Below, one piece after another: positions 1 to 7,115 of a stretch of DNA of 16,067 nt. The DNA comes from Gemmatimonadaceae bacterium (GTDB lineage Bacteria > Gemmatimonadota > Gemmatimonadetes > Gemmatimonadales > Gemmatimonadaceae). The stretch is taken from positions 86,380 to 102,446 of the forward strand of contig JBBDYC010000002.1 of assembly GCA_040901985.1 (NCBI GenBank). The letters run 5' to 3'. The translations under genes were made by a program, and so were the position numbers. Below the pieces are notes generated by a model, which was given only the letters and a program-made list of their open reading frames with translations, ran no database searches and had not been told where the DNA came from. Each line of letters begins with the position of its first letter. Positions within the stretch are counted from its first letter, which is position 1.

Positions 1-23
1 GACCCGCCGGGCGCGTCGTCGTT

Positions 24-542
24 TCACGGCGTCAGCGTCGGATGGTCGTTGGCGAGCGCCGCCGGACTCACCGCGCGCTGGCGGCGCCATTCGAGCCAGA
101 CGATGACGGCGAGCAAGGTGATCGAGACGGCGGAAATGGCGCACCAGGGGCAGAAGGTCCGGAGTTTGTAGAACTCCGCCCACTTGAGGCGAACGGTGAA
201 GGCCACGGCCGGGTAGACCAGGGCCGCAAGGGCGACCACCGGCCAGCGGGCGTCGGCGAAGCGCGCGGTCGCGCCGATCACCGCGACGAGCACGAGGACC
301 GAGTATCCGACGGCACCAATCAGGGCGACGTCAACGCCGAGGAACCAGCTCCAGGGGCTGAACTGGACGATCGCGCAGCCGCCGCTGCCGCCGCAGGCAA
401 GCGTGCCCGCCTTGCCGATCTTCCAGAGGTGGAGGTAGGTGGCGACAAAGGCGTTGACGACGGCGATCAGCGCGATGAGCTGGCGCCAGCTCAGGCCGAG
501 CAGCCCGCCCGCGGGCGCGGAGCGATGAACATTGGAGGACAT
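24..542 (-). CDS. Vitamin K epoxide reductase (VKOR) family membrane protein, stand-alone (DsbB functional analogue)
   Basis: Several hydrophobic helices; loop cysteine pair LAC-GGSGG-CAIVQFSPWS; active-site CPWC before the last helix. Start set at ATG 542 (MSSNVH) rather than the ORF-track 563. Confidence 0.9.
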   Translation of the reverse strand: MSSNVHRSAPAGGLLGLSWRQLIALIAVVNAFVATYLHLWKIGKAGTLACGGSGGCAIVQFSPWSWFLGVDVALIGAVGYSVLVLVAVIGATARFADARWPVVALAALVYPAVAFTVRLKWAEFYKLRTFCPWCAISAVSITLLAVIVWLEWRRQRAVSPAALANDHPTLTP

Positions 543-619
543 CGTTCCGTAAGTTAATGCCACACCCGCTGCGGACCTGTATCCTCACGCGCGGCCCGGA
601 CCGCTGCCAGGAGCCTTCG
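543..619. promoter_or_regulatory. Divergent promoter region for VKOR (-) and amidohydrolase (+)
   Basis: 77-bp gap. Plus strand: ATGCCA(557-562)-N16-TATCCT(579-584) and RBS AGGAG(609-613). Minus strand: TAACTT (complement of 551-556) 8 nt upstream of the VKOR ATG. Confidence 0.35.
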
Positions 620-2032
620 ATGCGCTTGCGAGACCTTCCCCGGTGCCTGTTCACCTTCCTCGCACTTGGCGTGCTTGGCGCGCCGCCACTGGCGGCGCAG
701 GCGACGCCGACCGCGATTACGAACGTCACCGTGCTGCCGATGGATCGGGACGGGACGCTGCCCGATCAGGTGGTGATCATTCACCACGGGCGGATCCATT
801 CGGTCGGCCCCGCCTCGTCCACCGCCGTGCCCGATGGCGCGATCCGGATTGACGGACGCGGGAAGTTCCTGATGCCGGGGTTGGCGGAGATGCACGCCCA
901 CGTCCCGCCGGGGAATCCGACGGAGGAGCAGTTGGCCGACATCATGTTCCTCTACGTGGCCAACGGGGTGACGGCGATCCGCGGGATGCTCGGCGCGCCG
1001 TACCAGATCGAGCTGAAGCAGAAGCTCGCCAGCGGCGTGATGCTCGGCCCGCGCTTCTTCCCGGCGGCGCCGTCGCTGAACGGGAACTCGGCGCCCAGTC
1101 CCGAGGCCGCGCTGGCGCTCGTGCGCGCGGCAAAGGCGACCGGCTACGACCTGGTGAAGATCCATCCCGGCGTGAGCCGCGAGACGTGGGACGCCGCGGT
1201 GGCGGAGCTGCGCGCGCTGGGCCTCACCTTCGCCGGCCACGTGCCGTCGGCGGTCGGCGTGGTGCACGCGATGCGGAGCGGAATCGCCACGATTGACCAC
1301 GTGGACGGCTATCTCGAGGCATCGGTGCGCGACTCGGCGGTCTACGCGACCCCGGGTGCGGCGCTCGGCGACGTGATTGACGCGATTGACCCGGGCAAGT
1401 TCGGCGCGCTCGCGCGGATGTCACGCGACCTGAACGTCTGGAACGTGCCGACGATGTATCTCTGGGAGAACTTCTACAACGACCGCACGGCCGACGAGCT
1501 GGCGGCGCTTCCGGAGATGGCGTACGTCTCGCCGCAGCAGGTGACGGGGTGGATGAACCAGAAGCGCAACCGCGCCCAGGCAGACCAGGCCCAGCGGATG
1601 ACGCCGGAGCGGCGCGCGCGGTACCTGGCGCTGCGACGGGAGATGCTGAAGGCGCTCGCCGACGCGCGGGCGCCGCTGCTGATGGGGACAGACTCGCCGC
1701 AGATGTTCAACGTGCCGGGGTTCGCGCTGCACCGGGAGCTGCAGGTCATGCGCGCCGCCGGGCTCACGAACTTCCAGATTCTCGAGAGCGGGACGCGGAA
1801 TGTCGGCCGCTACGTGCGCGAGTCGCTCCGGCAGAACGGCGATTTCGGGACGGTGGTGGCGGGGCAGTGGGCCGACCTCGTGCTCCTCGACGCCAACCCG
1901 CTCGAGGACCTGGCGCACCTGACGCGGCGGAGTGGCGTGTTCGTCCGGGGGCGGTGGGTGCCGGCGGCGGAGCTGACGGCGGGACTCGAGCGGATCCGCG
2001 CCAAGCACGCGGTCGCCCGGCAGGGGAACTGA
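620..2032 (+). CDS. Secreted amidohydrolase-family (metal-dependent TIM-barrel) protein
   Basis: AGGAG RBS before ATG 620; Sec signal ending PPLAAQA; motifs IDGRGKFLMPGLAEMHAH, DLVKIH, GHVP, TIDH, MGTDS and C-terminal GTVVAGQWADLVLLDANPL. Confidence 0.9.
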   Translation: MRLRDLPRCLFTFLALGVLGAPPLAAQATPTAITNVTVLPMDRDGTLPDQVVIIHHGRIHSVGPASSTAVPDGAIRIDGRGKFLMPGLAEMHAHVPPGNPTEEQLADIMFLYVANGVTAIRGMLGAPYQIELKQKLASGVMLGPRFFPAAPSLNGNSAPSPEAALALVRAAKATGYDLVKIHPGVSRETWDAAVAELRALGLTFAGHVPSAVGVVHAMRSGIATIDHVDGYLEASVRDSAVYATPGAALGDVIDAIDPGKFGALARMSRDLNVWNVPTMYLWENFYNDRTADELAALPEMAYVSPQQVTGWMNQKRNRAQADQAQRMTPERRARYLALRREMLKALADARAPLLMGTDSPQMFNVPGFALHRELQVMRAAGLTNFQILESGTRNVGRYVRESLRQNGDFGTVVAGQWADLVLLDANPLEDLAHLTRRSGVFVRGRWVPAAELTAGLERIRAKHAVARQGN

Positions 2033-2034
2033 GC

Positions 2035-2424
2035 GTGGCCTACTATCTCAAGCGCATCTCGCCGGTATTGATTGTCGAGCGCATCGAGCCCTGCCTCGCG
2101 TTCTGGGACGCCTTGGGGTTCGATCGCACGGCCGAGGTGCCGCACGGCGACCGACTCGGCTTTGTGATCCTCGAGAAGAACGGAGTCGAGGTGATGTATC
2201 AGACGCAGGCGAGCGTCGCCGCCGACCTGCCGATGCTGGCGTCGTCGCCGACCGGCGGCACGTTCCTGTTCCTCGAGGTGCTCGACCTGAACGCGGTGAT
2301 TGACGCGATCGGTGACGCGCCGGTGATCTTTCCGCGGCGGAAGACGTTCTATGGAATGGAGGAGATCGGCGTCCGCGAACCCGGCGGCAACGCGATAACC
2401 TTCGCGATGCCGGTCAGCGACTGA
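2035..2424 (+). CDS. VOC / glyoxalase / bleomycin-resistance family protein
   Basis: GTG 2 nt after the amidohydrolase stop; 129 aa; ISPVLIVERIEPCLAFWDALGF ... KTFYGMEEIGVREPGGNAITFA is typical of the VOC fold. The ORF-track extension to 1549 overlaps the upstream gene and is spurious. Confidence 0.85.
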   Translation: MAYYLKRISPVLIVERIEPCLAFWDALGFDRTAEVPHGDRLGFVILEKNGVEVMYQTQASVAADLPMLASSPTGGTFLFLEVLDLNAVIDAIGDAPVIFPRRKTFYGMEEIGVREPGGNAITFAMPVSD

Positions 2425-2435
2425 GCGCTGACGGC
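2409..2435. terminator. Possible hairpin between convergent genes
   Basis: GTCAGCG(2413-2419)/CGCTGAC(2426-2432) inverted repeat, extendable by GCC/GGC with one bulge; the loop holds the VOC stop codon; no U-tract. Confidence 0.25.
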
Positions 2436-2442
2436 GGCGGAC

Positions 2443-3720
2443 TCAGGGGTAGGCGTTGAACCGCGGGTTGACGACGGTGTTGAAGATCGAGCCGAAGGTA
2501 AAGCTGACGCCGGCGTACGCGTTGACGCGGTAGGCCGTGGCCAGCGCGCGCTGGCGGGTGAGGATCTCGTCGTCCGAGGCGTCGCCGCGGGGGAGGTAGA
2601 GCTGGTCGTTCACCCGGGCGGCGTTGCCGCCGAAGAAGACGCTGAAACCCCGCGAGATCCGGACGTCCATGTTCAGGTAGACGCTGGCACTATAGATCTC
2701 GGTGTCGTGCAGGTACCGGATGTGCTCGACGCCGCCAAAGAGCGAGCCCCAGGGTTGCCGGGTCTCGACGGCGACCTTGGCGACGGCAGCGGTGCGGAAC
2801 TCACGCTGGCGCAGGTAGATCGTCTCCTGGGAATAATCGAAATAGCGATTGCTGATGCCGGCGATGAAGACGAGTTGCCGACGCGTGGCCTCGCGCCACG
2901 GGAAGTAGTTCCACTCGGCGGCGACGTCGAGCTCGACGGCGAAGTCCTGGTTGTTGAAGTCGTCGAGCGCGAAGGAGAGGCCGGTGCCGACGGACCAGTG
3001 CTCCGTGACCGACTTCAGGAATGCCGATTCGAACTCGGCGCTCCGGAGGGCGAAGCTCACCGACCCGCTGTCGAGCTCGAAGGTGGTCGCCTCGTACTCA
3101 TACCGGGCGCCGAAGATGATCTTCCAGTCCTCGGTGATGCGAGTGGCGGAGAGCGACGCCTCGACTTCGTAGTCGCTGGCCCTGCTTTCGGCGCCGACAT
3201 TCCCGTTGGCGCTGATCCGGTAGACCCAGAAGTTCCAGGGGTCGCTGATGCCGCGGAGTCCGCCCAAGGCGGAATCCGCGGCAGCGGGGCGATAGTCGAG
3301 CGAGAGGCGCTCGCCGGCGGCCGTGCCCAGGAGATAGGGTCCGAGGCCGACCTTGAGCACCCTCGCGAACTCACGGCGCCGCTGGTCGTCAGAACTGTTG
3401 GGCGGAATCGTCCCGACAAGTGTGTCGGCGCGGCCGGCAAGACGACGCTGGCCGAGGAGCGCGATGGTAAACTGGGTGCCGCCGGCGGCGGTGCCCAGGC
3501 CGGTGATGAGTGCGTGAACCTCGGCGTCGAGCCGATCCTGTGTCCAGAGGACGTAGGGGAGCTCCTCGATGAAGAAATTGCGGTCGCACCCGAAGGTGCG
3601 GCAGTCGAGGAAGACCGTCAGCCGCTCGGGGCGGTCGGCCTGCGCGCGCGCATCGCGCGCCGCGCCGCCAAGGCAGGCGAGGACGGCCACGATGCCGCCG
3701 AGCGCGCGCCGGCTATTCAC
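2443..3720 (-). CDS. Exported hypothetical protein, probable outer-membrane beta-barrel with an N-terminal soluble domain
   Basis: Signal peptide (…AARDARA|Q); N-domain VFLDCRTFGCD; C-terminal two-thirds show alternating amphipathic, aromatic-rich strands (WVYRISANGNV, WKIIFGARYEY, WSVGTGLSF, AAEWNYF, VNAYAGVSFTFG). GTG start overlaps the upstream stop by 8 nt. Confidence 0.7.
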   Translation of the reverse strand: MNSRRALGGIVAVLACLGGAARDARAQADRPERLTVFLDCRTFGCDRNFFIEELPYVLWTQDRLDAEVHALITGLGTAAGGTQFTIALLGQRRLAGRADTLVGTIPPNSSDDQRRREFARVLKVGLGPYLLGTAAGERLSLDYRPAAADSALGGLRGISDPWNFWVYRISANGNVGAESRASDYEVEASLSATRITEDWKIIFGARYEYEATTFELDSGSVSFALRSAEFESAFLKSVTEHWSVGTGLSFALDDFNNQDFAVELDVAAEWNYFPWREATRRQLVFIAGISNRYFDYSQETIYLRQREFRTAAVAKVAVETRQPWGSLFGGVEHIRYLHDTEIYSASVYLNMDVRISRGFSVFFGGNAARVNDQLYLPRGDASDDEILTRQRALATAYRVNAYAGVSFTFGSIFNTVVNPRFNAYP

Positions 3721-4726
3721 CGGTCCGGAGTCCTAGGCGCATGATGCGTTCCAGCAACTTGGGGTAGGCGATGCCGTCGAAGTTTGCCGCGGCGGCGAAC
3801 TCCTCGTGCTCGGCGATATCGGGGTTCGGGTTCGCCTCAAGGAAAAAGATTCGTCCCTCGGCGTCAAGCCGGAAGTCAATCCGGGCGTAGCCGCTCAGCT
3901 CGAGGATCCGGTAGATGCGCTTGCTGTCGTGGAGGAGCCGCGCCTCGACATCCGGGTGCAGCTCCTGCACGGCGCGAATGACGATTCCCTTCTTGGTCTG
4001 ATAGTCCGGATCGTGCTTGGCGCGCGCGGTGGCGATCAGCGGCTCATTGGGCTGGCCTTTCTCCGCGAGCAACTCCCACGGCGTGAAGGCGACGAGCCGG
4101 TCGTTCCCGAGGACGCTCACATAGATCTCCCGGCCGTCTATGAACTGCTCGGCGATCGCATCGGTGCCGATGCGTTCGTGCACGAATCGCACCCGCTCGG
4201 CGAGTTTCTCGTCGGTGTCCACGATCGAGGCCTGGGAGATGCCGAGCGAGGAATGCTCGATGAGGGACTTCACGATCAATGGGAAGCCGAGGCGACGGGG
4301 ACGCTTCACCTTGCGGCCGACCGGGAAGACCGCGAACTCCGGCACGCGGATGCGATGATAGGCGAGGAGCTTCTTGGAGAGCGCCTTGCCGCGGGAAAGC
4401 ATCAGGCCGCGCGGATTGCAGCCCGTGTAGGGCACCTTCATCAGCTCGAGGAAGCCGACGACGTTGTGGTCGTAGACGGTCTCGCCGTGAAACTCCTCGA
4501 GCAGATTGAAGACGATGTCGGGCTTGAGCACATCCACCGCCTCGCGGACGGGGCGAAGCTCCCACTGGACGCCGAGGACGTGGACGTCGTGGCCGAGGTG
4601 CCGGAGCGTGGAGATCACGTTGGCCTCGGTCTTGATTTCGAACGCCTCCTTGGGGGAGAGCGAGCTGGCGACCTCCGGCGGGACAAGGTCGGGGTGCACG
4701 AGGACGAGGACACGGAGCTTCCTCAT
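3713..4726 (-). CDS. ATP-grasp ligase, D-Ala-D-Ala-ligase-like but atypical
   Basis: LELMKVPYTG, FPLIVKS, SSLGIS, EQFIDGRE and GYARIDFR…LEANPNP ATP-grasp motifs; ATG 4726 overlaps the upstream TGA (ATGA). Lacks the canonical Ddl GGxSxE and HGxxGEDG motifs. Confidence 0.85.
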   Translation of the reverse strand: MRKLRVLVLVHPDLVPPEVASSLSPKEAFEIKTEANVISTLRHLGHDVHVLGVQWELRPVREAVDVLKPDIVFNLLEEFHGETVYDHNVVGFLELMKVPYTGCNPRGLMLSRGKALSKKLLAYHRIRVPEFAVFPVGRKVKRPRRLGFPLIVKSLIEHSSLGISQASIVDTDEKLAERVRFVHERIGTDAIAEQFIDGREIYVSVLGNDRLVAFTPWELLAEKGQPNEPLIATARAKHDPDYQTKKGIVIRAVQELHPDVEARLLHDSKRIYRILELSGYARIDFRLDAEGRIFFLEANPNPDIAEHEEFAAAANFDGIAYPKLLERIMRLGLRTGE

Positions 4727-5754
4727 ACGGCAATCCAGTCGCGGCGGCCCTGGCCGACGAGGAAGCTCATCGTGCGCGCGGTGAGGAGGACCATGAAGTC
4801 CGTGAGCAGTTGGCGTTCGTTGCCGATCGTGCGCAGCCGCAGCTCGCGGCAGCGGCCAATCATGTCGGTGAGGACCTGATCGAGCGAGAACTGGTACTCG
4901 CCGGTCCAGCGCGACACGAGGCGGCGGATGTCGCTGCGGTGCCGGCGGAGGAAGCTCGCGGCGGTCGGGCGGGCCCGGTGCCGGGGGTCGTCGGAGAAGA
5001 GGCGCAGGAGGTCGTCGTCGTATGTACGGGGATACTCGACCGAATAGACGGCACGACGCTCGGTGTAATGCTCGAAGAGCGTGCGCCGGACGGTCCGGAT
5101 CGGATCCACCACGCGGCGGTCGCGCGCCGGTGGGACGACGCCGGCGATCTCGGCCATCAAGCGGTCCACGTACTCGAGTTTCTGCAGCGCCGGCCAGCCG
5201 GCGTAGCGCCGCCGCCAGTCGTGGCGCGACCGTAGCCAGACGGCGAACGTCTCGGCAAAGTCCTCGTCGGGGTGGCTCTGCGCGTACCAGCGGCGCAGGT
5301 GTTGTACGTAACGCTTGCTTGCCGGATTGGGGCGGTACGCCTCGGGATACTTGGTGGAGGACTTGCCGAAGAGTCGCTGCCACTCTCGCCGGCGCTGCAG
5401 CTGATAGCTGTGCTGGATGGCGTGCCCGCACTCGTGGCGGAGAATCTTCATGCACTCGTGATGCGTCCCGCCCTCGACGTCAATCAACTGCGCGCGTTCG
5501 AGCTGGATGAGCCGCGGATGCAGGAGATAGAACGGGACCGCGAATCCGGAGACGCCATCGGGGGAGAACCACTCGTCGGAAACCCAGACGTGCGGCTTGA
5601 GGCGGATGTTGCGGTCGTCGAGCTCGGCGTGCAGCTCGGCGACGCAGTCAGCCAGCCAGGTACCCTCGAGGCGCACGCCGAGGTCGCAGATGCGGACGAG
5701 CATCAGACGCTCGTCCGGCCAGCGCGCCCAAGGAAATCGGCGGGAGGGCTTCAC
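4723..5754 (-). CDS. Putative zinc-binding metallopeptidase (zincin; Peptidase_Mx-like)
   Basis: HECGH (HExxH, 5422-5436) plus downstream YAQSHPDEDFAETFAVWL; no signal peptide; GTGA overlap with the tldE stop. Confidence 0.8.
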   Translation of the reverse strand: MKPSRRFPWARWPDERLMLVRICDLGVRLEGTWLADCVAELHAELDDRNIRLKPHVWVSDEWFSPDGVSGFAVPFYLLHPRLIQLERAQLIDVEGGTHHECMKILRHECGHAIQHSYQLQRRREWQRLFGKSSTKYPEAYRPNPASKRYVQHLRRWYAQSHPDEDFAETFAVWLRSRHDWRRRYAGWPALQKLEYVDRLMAEIAGVVPPARDRRVVDPIRTVRRTLFEHYTERRAVYSVEYPRTYDDDLLRLFSDDPRHRARPTAASFLRRHRSDIRRLVSRWTGEYQFSLDQVLTDMIGRCRELRLRTIGNERQLLTDFMVLLTARTMSFLVGQGRRDWIAV

Positions 5755-7115
5755 ACGGCGTCGGACAGGCTCGTGAAGTTGAAGTCGCGCGCCTTCAGCG
5801 TAGGGAAGATGGTGCCATTGTTGGTGCGCACCGACGGCCCAATCGCCTCAAGGTTGTTGAGGAAAAAGAGCGGCGAATCGTTGAAGCGGAAATTCCTGAT
5901 GCTTCGCGCGATCCGGCCGTTCTCGACCAGGAACGACCCGTCGCGGGTGAGGCCGGTCATCACGAGGGTCCGCTGATCCACGGAGCGCAGGTACCAGAGG
6001 CGCGTGACGAGGATCGCACGCTCCGAGCCGGCGATCATTGCCTCAACCGCCGAGTCGCCGCCGAGCATCTTGAATCCGCCTCCCCCGCCCCCGCCGAATC
6101 CCCCGCCCCCGCCGGTGGGCGTCTTTCCCGTGCGATGCGCCCAATAGCGGTTGTAGGCGAGCTGCTTGAGGACGCCGTTTTCGACCCAGACCTGGCGGGT
6201 GAGTGGAAGCCCCTCGCCGTCGAAGGGCGCGCCGAGGATCTGCGGGTCGGCGGGGTCGGAGAGGAGCGTAACGCGCGAGTCGAGGATTCGCTCGCCGACC
6301 TTGGTGCCGCCGCCCGGCTTCGACATCGCCGAGCGCCCTTCGTCGGCGGGGCGGGCGTTGAGGACGCCGCGCACGGAGCCGAGGAGGTCGGCAGCGGCCT
6401 GCGGCTCGAAGATCACCGTGTAGCGGCCCGGCTCGACGGCCACCGGATTCCGCGAGGCGCGCGCCTTCTCGATCGTCTTGGCGGCGATCGCGTGGAAGTC
6501 GATCCTCCGCCAGTCGTTCTCGTCGGCGCCGGTCCAGGAGGATCCGGTGCCGTCCGTGGTGCGGACGGTGAGCGTGTAGTTGGCGTTGGTGCTGCGGTGA
6601 TAGGCGAAGAGGCCGGCGCTGGTGCCGAGGGCGTTCGCGTTGGCGGTGCACTCGATGTAGCCCGCCACGGTAAGGTCGCTTGCGCGGCGCGCCGGCTCCA
6701 GCGCGGTGAGCACGGCCTGTGCGCGTTCGTCGGCGCTCAGGTTGGCCGTGACGTCGAACCAGGCGGGGATGGTTGCGTACTGCTGGGCGCCGAGCTCCGG
6801 CAGGTACTCGGGATCCTCGGGTGCGAGACGAGCGAGCGCTTCCGACTGGGCCACGGCGCGGGCGAGTCCGTCGGGGGAGATGTCATTTGTCGCGACCGAC
6901 GCGCTCCTCTTGCCGAAGACGGAGGTGATGCCAATCCCGGCGTTGTCGGAGATGCCCGACGTGGACATCTGGTTGTCGGCAAAGCGGACGTTGGTGTCGT
7001 ACGAGCTGTTCACGGAGACGCGGCAGTTGTCGGCCTTGGAGAGCCGCAGCGCTCGCGTGACGATGTCCTCACACTCGGCGCGCGAGAGGATGATGGGTTC
7101 GTCGCGCTTGGTCAC
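5751..7115 (-). CDS. tldE: TldE/PmbA family protein (non-catalytic partner of TldD)
   Basis: EPGRYTVIFEP, PFDGEGLP, ENGVLK, TGLTRDG, VENGRI…NFRFNDSP; no HExxxH; directly downstream of tldD with a GTGA overlap. Confidence 0.85.
   Translation of the reverse strand: MTKRDEPIILSRAECEDIVTRALRLSKADNCRVSVNSSYDTNVRFADNQMSTSGISDNAGIGITSVFGKRSASVATNDISPDGLARAVAQSEALARLAPEDPEYLPELGAQQYATIPAWFDVTANLSADERAQAVLTALEPARRASDLTVAGYIECTANANALGTSAGLFAYHRSTNANYTLTVRTTDGTGSSWTGADENDWRRIDFHAIAAKTIEKARASRNPVAVEPGRYTVIFEPQAAADLLGSVRGVLNARPADEGRSAMSKPGGGTKVGERILDSRVTLLSDPADPQILGAPFDGEGLPLTRQVWVENGVLKQLAYNRYWAHRTGKTPTGGGGGFGGGGGGGFKMLGGDSAVEAMIAGSERAILVTRLWYLRSVDQRTLVMTGLTRDGSFLVENGRIARSIRNFRFNDSPLFFLNNLEAIGPSVRTNNGTIFPTLKARDFNFTSLSDAV
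6081..6113 (-). repeat. Direct repeat (15-mer x2, 18-bp period) encoding a poly-Gly tract in TldE
   Basis: TCCCCCGCCCCCGCC at 6081-6095 and 6099-6113; encodes part of GGGGGFGGGGGGGF. Confidence 0.85.

Noticed and set aside
3713..4726. Calling the gene ddl or a vanA-type resistance ligase
   Set aside because: Ddl substrate-site motifs are missing and there is no mur or vanH/vanX context.
4727..5455. N-terminal extension of the ATP-grasp ORF (580 aa), suggesting a fusion or frameshift with the peptidase
   Set aside because: Arg/Pro-rich off-frame translation; both genes are complete and joined by a standard ATGA overlap.
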